DNA of 64,000 nucleotides from an uncultured virus (IMG/VR IMGVR_UViG_3300008108_004630) (lineage: Duplodnaviria; Heunggongvirae; Uroviricota; Caudoviricetes). Shown piece after piece: positions 1-7,184 of this stretch. Under the pieces are notes generated by a model that saw only the letters and a list, made by a program, of their open reading frames with translations, ran no database searches and was not told the origin of the DNA. The first letter of the stretch is position 1; every line of letters starts with the position of its first letter. The stretch lies in IMG/VR virus record IMGVR_UViG_3300008108_004630. The stretch is one strand, 5' to 3'. The translations under genes were made by a program, and so were the position numbers.

Positions 1-2
1 AC

Positions 3-116
3 TTATTATGGAAAAAAGGTATTTTTTATGTAGCCAGGACGTGCACGCCTTTTATATCTAATAGTAAAAATCCTGATGGATTGGTAACCTTCGAAAAAAG
101 ATACGAAATAGTATAA
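3..116 (+). CDS. 3' end of an upstream ORF (partial); possible paralog of the PP-loop protein at 1440
   Basis: Open frame from position 3 (LLWKKGIFY...GLVTFEKRYEIV*). Its TAA overlaps the next ATG (TAATG). The C-terminus resembles GFTSKRYYIKIH of ORF 1440..2684. Confidence 0.5.
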   Translation, partial: LLWKKGIFYVARTCTPFISNSKNPDGLVTFEKRYEIV

Positions 117-1432
117 TGGATTTAGAGTTACTAATTGCAGCCGCTACAGGAACTACCGCAGGTATATTAATAGGTCTATTACCCGGACTAGGGACTACTT
201 CTCTTTTATTAGTGTGTTTTCCTTTTCTAGTAAAACAATCTCTCATTTTTTGCATAGTATTTTATTGTGTAGCATCTTCTATTAGTCAGTATTTTGGCAG
301 TGTAACTACTCTCACTTTCGGTATACCAGGAGAAAATACTAGTTTACCCCTATTCTCTATAAGAGACAAAATATTAGAATCTAATAGGCTAAATGAGATA
401 TATTATTTATGTGCGTTCGGTAGTCTTATAGCTTCTTTATTATCTTTAGTTGTTCTATACTTTAGTATAGATTTTTTCCTATCTAATGTTTTTTATCTAA
501 AATCTTATTTCTCTTTATTTTTTGCAATCGTTGGACTTTTTTTATGTGTGCTCTATTCTAACAATAGGATAATTACTTCAATTATTTTATTGCTCACAGG
601 TTGGTTTTTTGGTAAGGTAGGCTACAATGAAATATTAAATTCAAATTTTATGACGTTTGATAATTCTTATCTATACTCAGGAATTCCGTCTTTACCTGCA
701 ATTATGGGTATATATGCTTTACCAAGTTTGTATTTTATGACTAAAAGATTAAAAGAACTAAAAGAGATACGTAATAACTCTTTAGTAGAATTTAATATGG
801 TTAATTCTACTTTTGAAAACTTAACTACCGTATTTAGATCTTCTCTAGTCGGGTTTGTAAGCGGATTAATACCTTATATAGGTAATAGTATAAGTAGTAA
901 TATGGCTTTTAATATGGAGAAAAAATTAAAGCCTAATAATTATGTTGCTCAGGCTACCGCATCAGAATCTGCCAATAATTCAGCAAATATATCTGTATTA
1001 GTTCCTTTATTATTTCTTGGAGTAGCCATAGTTCCTAGTGAGTTTGTTCTGTTAGAGATAATAGCTTCTAGTAATAGCTTTATCAATTGGAAAACTATCT
1101 ATAGTAATTTTATTACGATTTTATTAATATTGCTGGTTACTAATGCTTTTGCTTTTTATATTTCTTGGATATGCCTTAAAGGGTTTAATAAATTCATAGC
1201 TAGAACAGCGTCTTATTTACCTATATTAATTTTTGGACTAGTTACATCATCTATTTTCTACTTAGGTTTTAATCTAAATCAAGGAACTTTTTACTTAGTT
1301 GTTCTTTTCTTTTTCTTTTCGCTAGGATTATTGCTAAGTAAATTAGATCTATTACCTTTTACCTATGCTTTTTTATTGCAGAACAACGTAGAACAACTTT
1401 TTTATAGGTTTTATCAAATCTACATACTATAA
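116..1432 (+). CDS. TctA-like tripartite tricarboxylate transporter large membrane subunit
   Basis: Polytopic hydrophobic protein with TctA-type motifs GLLPGLG, GIPGE and ESANNSA..PLL.LG. Confidence 0.75.
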   Translation: MDLELLIAAATGTTAGILIGLLPGLGTTSLLLVCFPFLVKQSLIFCIVFYCVASSISQYFGSVTTLTFGIPGENTSLPLFSIRDKILESNRLNEIYYLCAFGSLIASLLSLVVLYFSIDFFLSNVFYLKSYFSLFFAIVGLFLCVLYSNNRIITSIILLLTGWFFGKVGYNEILNSNFMTFDNSYLYSGIPSLPAIMGIYALPSLYFMTKRLKELKEIRNNSLVEFNMVNSTFENLTTVFRSSLVGFVSGLIPYIGNSISSNMAFNMEKKLKPNNYVAQATASESANNSANISVLVPLLFLGVAIVPSEFVLLEIIASSNSFINWKTIYSNFITILLILLVTNAFAFYISWICLKGFNKFIARTASYLPILIFGLVTSSIFYLGFNLNQGTFYLVVLFFFFSLGLLLSKLDLLPFTYAFLLQNNVEQLFYRFYQIYIL

Positions 1433-1439
1433 GGTATTT

Positions 1440-2684
1440 ATGTTAGAAACACATCCATACTACAGTTTTTATTCTTATAACAACAATAAATATCATGGCA
1501 AAGTTATGGCTTTGGCGGCTCTTGGTGCTACTAAAAATAACGCAGATATAGTTTGGAAACTGCCTAATTTTGAAAAAGAATTAGAAAAACTAAATTTATT
1601 ACAAGAACCCAGAGAGTCATTACAAGACTTATACTTAACAAGAGCACAAGATTTAAGAAATACATACGATTACTTAATATTAAATTATAGTGGCGGACCA
1701 GATAGTCATAACATATTAGAAACTTTTTTACTAAATAATATATTTCTAGATGAAATATTTATATATAGTTATTTTAGCGAAGAAACTATAGTTAATTTAC
1801 AAAATAACTATCCAACTACTTTTGTTATGTTCCCTGAATTTTATGAGGCACAAAAAAGCGCTATTCCAGTAGCAAGATACTTAGTAGAAAAATATTCTCC
1901 ACATACTAAGATAACATATGTAGATAATTTCTATCAGTTGCATAAAGTATTTTGGGAAAATATCAATGAAAAAAATTACCTTGAAAATATAAAAGGAAAT
2001 GCCAGCGTCCTACTAACACATAGACACATTGCTAGATATAGAAATCCAAACTTTGTTCCAGAGTGGAAAACTATTAAAAATAGAAAAAAAACTGCTCACA
2101 TATGGGGCATAGAAAAACCTAACATAGTTTATGATAATATAGGCGTATACTTTGAGCTATTAGATCATACTATATTAAGTAGAATAGATTTACAACATAT
2201 TCTTACTGTAGACGGCATACCTAATAATCACGAATTATTTTATATACATCCTAAGTCTGTAAAAATGTTTTTAAAACAGGCTCATATTATAGCTAAAACT
2301 TTTTCTAAAGATTTTTTTAAAAATCCAGAAATATCTACTAGCACTAGAAAAAAACAAGATGCTTTAGCTAGAGTTATATATTCCTTCAAAACTAAATTAC
2401 CTTATTCAGGTCTTAAATTAGGTGATTTAATCACTAAATATGAGGACGTGCCTTTATTGAAAGAATTAGCAAAAACAGGAATTATTCCAGGATACGCTGA
2501 TATGACAGAACCTTTGAATTTAAAATTATATGCAGACGATAAAAATTCTCTATCATCTATCAACTACGATAAATTTCTATCTTTTATTTATCATAGTCTT
2601 TTTAAGGGAGCAGATAAGAAACAGCTCTTACACACATTGTGCTTAGGTTTTACTAGTAAAAGATACTATATTAAAATTCATTAG
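1440..2684 (+). CDS. PP-loop (adenine nucleotide alpha-hydrolase-like) protein, function unknown
   Basis: Contains the SGGxDS PP-loop motif (LNYSGGPDSHNIL). Confidence 0.6.
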   Translation: MLETHPYYSFYSYNNNKYHGKVMALAALGATKNNADIVWKLPNFEKELEKLNLLQEPRESLQDLYLTRAQDLRNTYDYLILNYSGGPDSHNILETFLLNNIFLDEIFIYSYFSEETIVNLQNNYPTTFVMFPEFYEAQKSAIPVARYLVEKYSPHTKITYVDNFYQLHKVFWENINEKNYLENIKGNASVLLTHRHIARYRNPNFVPEWKTIKNRKKTAHIWGIEKPNIVYDNIGVYFELLDHTILSRIDLQHILTVDGIPNNHELFYIHPKSVKMFLKQAHIIAKTFSKDFFKNPEISTSTRKKQDALARVIYSFKTKLPYSGLKLGDLITKYEDVPLLKELAKTGIIPGYADMTEPLNLKLYADDKNSLSSINYDKFLSFIYHSLFKGADKKQLLHTLCLGFTSKRYYIKIH

Positions 2685-2693
2685 GAGATATAC

Positions 2694-3545
2694 GTGTTAA
2701 AGACTTTAATAATAATTTTTTCAACAATAGCTTATTCTGCTATAGCTTCGGAATTAACCATTATAAATAATGGATCTTCTACTGGCATCAATAGTCAACT
2801 ATTACAAGAATATGTTAAAAATTTTTCTGACTATAAAGTTGAAATAAACAATACTAACGCTAACTGTGCTACCAGCAAAATATTATGGAATAATTCTAAA
2901 AAACCTACTTTATATGTTTTAATTACTAATATAGACGGCTCTTTAGATAAAAATAACCATATTTGTTACATGCAAATTACTAAAGAAAATTTACTATTTA
3001 TGAACTACTCTGCTCCAATGGAACTATGTGCAATAGGTTCAAAAAATTGGAATGATTTTATTAAATCGGGCAGTAAGCACGTAATAGGCACTACAGCAAC
3101 TACTACAAAAATACCAGAACAGTTCCTAAATAAACTTGCAGATGCTTATGGTATTAGTATAAAATCAATTAGAATTAACACTAATTCTGAGTTTATAACT
3201 ATGGCTAAATCTCAAGAATTAGATTTTGGGTTTAGAACAGGTCTTAGTGGAAACGATTTTTTTAAGGATAAATGTTTTTGGAATGTATCACAGCTAGATA
3301 ATCTTAATCATATAACAAATATGAAAAACTTATATGATTTATTATATGAAGAATCAGTTATTTTATACAAAAATTTATCAGATGAACAAGTAGAAGAATT
3401 TAGAAGAAAATTAAAAGAATCTTGGTCTTCTGCAACTTCTATAAAACTCAGAAATCAAAGAGGCTATGATGATTCTTTAGTTAGCTATAAAACCGAAGAA
3501 GAAAGACTTAAACTATTCAACAAGTTTTTGTCTAAATTTCCATAA
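2694..3545 (+). CDS. Secreted solute-binding-like protein (divergent TctC/Bug-like)
   Basis: Signal peptide ending in AIA. Size about 280 aa. Adjacent to a TctA-like gene. Family assignment is mostly from context. Confidence 0.45.
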   Translation: MLKTLIIIFSTIAYSAIASELTIINNGSSTGINSQLLQEYVKNFSDYKVEINNTNANCATSKILWNNSKKPTLYVLITNIDGSLDKNNHICYMQITKENLLFMNYSAPMELCAIGSKNWNDFIKSGSKHVIGTTATTTKIPEQFLNKLADAYGISIKSIRINTNSEFITMAKSQELDFGFRTGLSGNDFFKDKCFWNVSQLDNLNHITNMKNLYDLLYEESVILYKNLSDEQVEEFRRKLKESWSSATSIKLRNQRGYDDSLVSYKTEEERLKLFNKFLSKFP

Positions 3546-3647
3546 CAGAAACCTTGATAACCCCATAGATATATTATTTCAAAAACATACTTATTTTCAA
3601 CCTAATAATGAACTAATTTTTACTACAGCAACCATATATTTTAACAT

Positions 3648-3676
3648 TTTACAGATACAAACAAGAAAGTTATTAT
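3648..3676 (+). promoter_or_regulatory. Sigma70-type promoter, probably leaderless phoH transcript
   Basis: TTTACA-17 nt-TATTAT, with 7 nt between the -10 box and the ATG. No SD. Confidence 0.5.
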
Positions 3677-3683
3677 ATCTTTA

Positions 3684-4295
3684 ATGGCTAAAAAGTATAA
3701 ACAGCAATTTGAAGAGCAACCTAGGTATCAAAAAAGTCTTATACCTAAAACAGAAAATCAAAGAAGATACTACAGCAGCTTACAAGACTATCCGATTACC
3801 ATCGGATTAGGCAGCGCCGGAAGCGGTAAAGTAGACAAAATTGTATTAGTAAGACCTGCAGTTACCAATGAGAGTTTTGGCTTTCTACCTGGAACTCTTG
3901 AAGAAAAATTAGATCCTTATATGCGACCTCTGTTCGATTGCCTTGAACAGAGGTTTGGCGTTAAGAAGCTAGATTCGATGATACAGTCTGGCGAAATAGA
4001 ACTAGCTCCACTAGCATTTATGCGTGGTAGAACTTTTAATAAGAGCTTTGTCATCCTAGACGAGGCTCAAAATAGCACCCGAGATCAGATGATGATGTTT
4101 TTAACTAGGTTTGGTGAAGGTGTAAAAGTAGCTATTACGGGAGATCTCGATCAAAGCGATCTTAGACATGATAATGGATTAGAGTGGGCAGTTAGACGAT
4201 TGTCTAATTGTGCCAGCGTATCAATAGTACGTTTTTATCAAGATGATGTTGTTAGAAGCCATCTTGTCAAAGAACTTATGAGGCATTTACAATGA
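3684..4295 (+). CDS. phoH: PhoH-family ATPase (appears to have an internal deletion after Walker A)
   Basis: Motifs PKTENQ, RPAV, GFLPG.LEEK.DPY, FMRGRTF, ILDEAQN, GDLDQSD, VVRS. Confidence 0.9.
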   Translation: MAKKYKQQFEEQPRYQKSLIPKTENQRRYYSSLQDYPITIGLGSAGSGKVDKIVLVRPAVTNESFGFLPGTLEEKLDPYMRPLFDCLEQRFGVKKLDSMIQSGEIELAPLAFMRGRTFNKSFVILDEAQNSTRDQMMMFLTRFGEGVKVAITGDLDQSDLRHDNGLEWAVRRLSNCASVSIVRFYQDDVVRSHLVKELMRHLQ

Positions 4296-4570
4296 GTGAT
4301 GATGTAGATAAGATTAAAGAAATTGCCTATAATAATAAGGCTAGATTAGAGACTCACGAGGCTCTATGCACTTTAAGATATGAACAGATTTTAGAAAAAT
4401 TAGAATTTAGTAATAGTCAGATAGCCGCTCTTGCCGCTAAACTAGAAACATTGTCTACTATAGCCGTGCAAGGTAAAACATCTATCTCTACTACAGTTTG
4501 GTTATTAGGAGCAGGAGCAGGAGCGTTTACGTTCTTCATTTTTATACTCAAAACATTTAGACTTATTTAA
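4292..4570 (+). CDS. Small coiled-coil protein with C-terminal TM helix (XhlA/holin-like)
   Basis: Coiled-coil segment RLETHEALCTLRY followed by a hydrophobic C-terminal helix. Confidence 0.45.
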   Translation: MSDDVDKIKEIAYNNKARLETHEALCTLRYEQILEKLEFSNSQIAALAAKLETLSTIAVQGKTSISTTVWLLGAGAGAFTFFIFILKTFRLI

Positions 4571-5832
4571 TGCCGTTTTTTAAACTTAATATTCAGAAGT
4601 TACTTGAAAAAATACCCTCTAGGTATGCTAGAGATGAAAAAGTAATATTTAACGATTCTCAATGGGGTCTTTTTAAAGGCCTTGAAGAACACCGATTTTG
4701 GGTGCATATTGCCGCGCGTCGTACAGGTAAGAGCTTTGGCGCATCTATCCTTGCACTAGCTAAACTACTTGAGCCTAATCAACAAGTTATCGTAGTGGCT
4801 CCTAACTTTACCCTAAGTTCTATTATTTGGGATTATGTAACAGATTTAATACAAGAACTTAAGATAGAGTGTGATCGTTTCAATCAAAAAGATAAAGTAA
4901 TAAAACTTATTAATGGTTCTACGTTTAGGCTGCTTTCTGCTAACAATAGAGACTCTCTTGTTGGTAGAGCAGCTAATTTTTTAATTGTAGACGAGGCAGC
5001 AGTCATAGATGATGATGAGTATTTTACCAGAGACTTACGCCCTGCTCTTTCTACCTTTAATGATTCTAGGGCTCTCTTTATTACTACTCCTCGCGGAAAA
5101 AACAATTACATCTATGAGTATTTTAATCGTGGTCCTGACGAGCGCTATTCTGAGTGGGGTAGCTCTCTATATACTTGGAGAGCTAACCCACGTCTTTCAG
5201 TAACTGATATTGAAGAAGCTCGTAGTATTATGTCTGAACAGCTCTTTAAACAAGAGTATGAATGTGAGTGGTCTACTTTCGAAGGTCAGATATATGCAGT
5301 GGATGAGACTAGACATTTATTAAACCTGTCTGATATACAACCTAAAGATAGTCGATTTGATTTTATCGGTGGATTAGATCTTGGATATAGAGACGAAACC
5401 GTATTCTTAGTAGTGGCTACAGATGGTGAGAATTTCTATGTAGTAGATGAGTATATTAGTAAAGAAGCTACTACCTCTACTCATGCAGAACATTTTAGAG
5501 AACTTATAGATCATTGGGGAGTTAATTCTATCTACATAGATAGTGCGGCTCAGCAAATGAAAGCAGACCTTGCATATGAATATGATATTTACTGCGAAAA
5601 CGCTAATAAGTATCAAAATGAAGGTATAACGCATTTACAAGTTTTACTTGAACATAATAGATTAGTTTTTAGTACTACGGTTCCTAAAACCTATCAGTCT
5701 ATGTGTGCATATAGATGGAATGATAGAGGTGAGAAAGAAAAACCTCTACATGATTGGGCTTCTCATTGTTGTGATGCACTTAGATACGCTATCTATACAC
5801 ACGCTAAAAATAAAGTAAGTATCTACGGATAA
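4570..5832 (+). CDS. terL: Terminase large subunit (T5-type)
   Basis: Walker A-like ARRTGKS, Walker B LIVDEAA, coupling motif ITTPRG, nuclease GLDLG and HCCDALRY. Confidence 0.95.
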   Translation: MPFFKLNIQKLLEKIPSRYARDEKVIFNDSQWGLFKGLEEHRFWVHIAARRTGKSFGASILALAKLLEPNQQVIVVAPNFTLSSIIWDYVTDLIQELKIECDRFNQKDKVIKLINGSTFRLLSANNRDSLVGRAANFLIVDEAAVIDDDEYFTRDLRPALSTFNDSRALFITTPRGKNNYIYEYFNRGPDERYSEWGSSLYTWRANPRLSVTDIEEARSIMSEQLFKQEYECEWSTFEGQIYAVDETRHLLNLSDIQPKDSRFDFIGGLDLGYRDETVFLVVATDGENFYVVDEYISKEATTSTHAEHFRELIDHWGVNSIYIDSAAQQMKADLAYEYDIYCENANKYQNEGITHLQVLLEHNRLVFSTTVPKTYQSMCAYRWNDRGEKEKPLHDWASHCCDALRYAIYTHAKNKVSIYG

Positions 5833-5853
5833 GACAAAGTAAATAAAAAAGTT

Positions 5854-5882
5854 TAGACAACAATATTATACACTGTTATCAT
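5854..5882 (+). promoter_or_regulatory. Sigma70-type promoter for head genes
   Basis: TAGACA-17 nt-TATCAT with extended -10 TG and an upstream A-tract. Confidence 0.6.
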
Positions 5883-5900
5883 ATTGTATGAGGTATAACC

Positions 5901-7184
5901 TTGAGTGATACATTTTTAGGACGTACTAGAGCATGGGTGGCTGAAAAGCTAAATCCAGTTCAGCCCTCTATCGCTAGAGACGCTGGTTATCAAGTACCTG
6001 AAACAATAGTTGATTATGAAAGAGCTTATCGTGACGTAGAAGTAATACGTCGCGCTGTAGACATTATTATCAACGCTTGTGCAAATGTGCCATTGACCAT
6101 AGATGGTGGTGCAGCTCCTAAAAAACTAAATAAACTTTTAAATATAACTCCTAATCCTTTTGAAGATAGAAATAGAATATTTCGCAGATCTTTCCTAGAT
6201 TTTATGCTAGATGGTAATGCCTTTTTTTACTATGATGGAACATCTCTATATGCATTACCTGCTAACGAAGTAGCTATTCAGCCCGATGAAAAGACTTTCG
6301 TTAAAAATTATCAATATCAACTCAGAAGTGGTTCGGTTCTTTACGGTTTTGACAAGCCAAAAGTTAATAATATAAACTTTGACCCGGATGAGATTATCCA
6401 TGTAAAATCAGATAATGAAGATTCAATCTTTAGAGGTTCCTCTAGGTTAAAGCCTCTTAGAAGACTGATAGAGCTGTATTATGCTTTAACAGACTTCCAA
6501 AGACAGTTCTTCAAAAATAATGCAATACCTGGCATAGTTTTACAGACAGATTCTGTACTAAGTCAGAAGGTAAAAGAAAGACTACTAGAAGCCTGGAGAA
6601 ATACTTATTCTAACGTATTTCAGGGAGCTAGAAGTCCCGCCATCCTAGACGGTGGTTTGAAAATTGAAAAGTTTAGTAACATCAACTTCAGAGAACTAGA
6701 TTTCGAAGCCTCAGTTGATAGATTACAGCAAGATATGTGTAAGGCGTTAGGTGTACCTTATGTCTTACTAAAAAGCGGTAATAATGCTAACATAGAAGTA
6801 AACGAAAGACTTCTATATAATCACGTTGTTCTACCTATACTACATAGTTATTGTAGCGCCTTTCAGTTATACTTTGCGGGAGATGTAAAAATATATCCAG
6901 ATAAGTATGCGATCTCTGCTCTACAACCAGATAATAAAACTCAGGCTATGTATTATACTACTCTAGTAAATGGAGGTATCATATCTCCTAACGAAGCTAG
7001 AGAAGGTTTAAGACTATCAAGATCTACAGATCCAGAAATGGATAAGATAAGAGTGCCTCAAAATATAGTAGGTAGTGCTACAGACCCTTCTCAGGGCGGT
7101 AGACCAGTAGAAGAAGATAGAACAGAGCCTACAACAGTTACTCCCTTAGAGGATACAAACACACAAGGATCGACTAATGGATAA
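5901..7184 (+). CDS. Portal protein (HK97/T5-like)
   Basis: Motifs LDGNAF, EIIH, F.NNAIPG, ISPNEARE. Lies between terminase and protease. TTG start after GAGG. Confidence 0.93.
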   Translation: MSDTFLGRTRAWVAEKLNPVQPSIARDAGYQVPETIVDYERAYRDVEVIRRAVDIIINACANVPLTIDGGAAPKKLNKLLNITPNPFEDRNRIFRRSFLDFMLDGNAFFYYDGTSLYALPANEVAIQPDEKTFVKNYQYQLRSGSVLYGFDKPKVNNINFDPDEIIHVKSDNEDSIFRGSSRLKPLRRLIELYYALTDFQRQFFKNNAIPGIVLQTDSVLSQKVKERLLEAWRNTYSNVFQGARSPAILDGGLKIEKFSNINFRELDFEASVDRLQQDMCKALGVPYVLLKSGNNANIEVNERLLYNHVVLPILHSYCSAFQLYFAGDVKIYPDKYAISALQPDNKTQAMYYTTLVNGGIISPNEAREGLRLSRSTDPEMDKIRVPQNIVGSATDPSQGGRPVEEDRTEPTTVTPLEDTNTQGSTNG

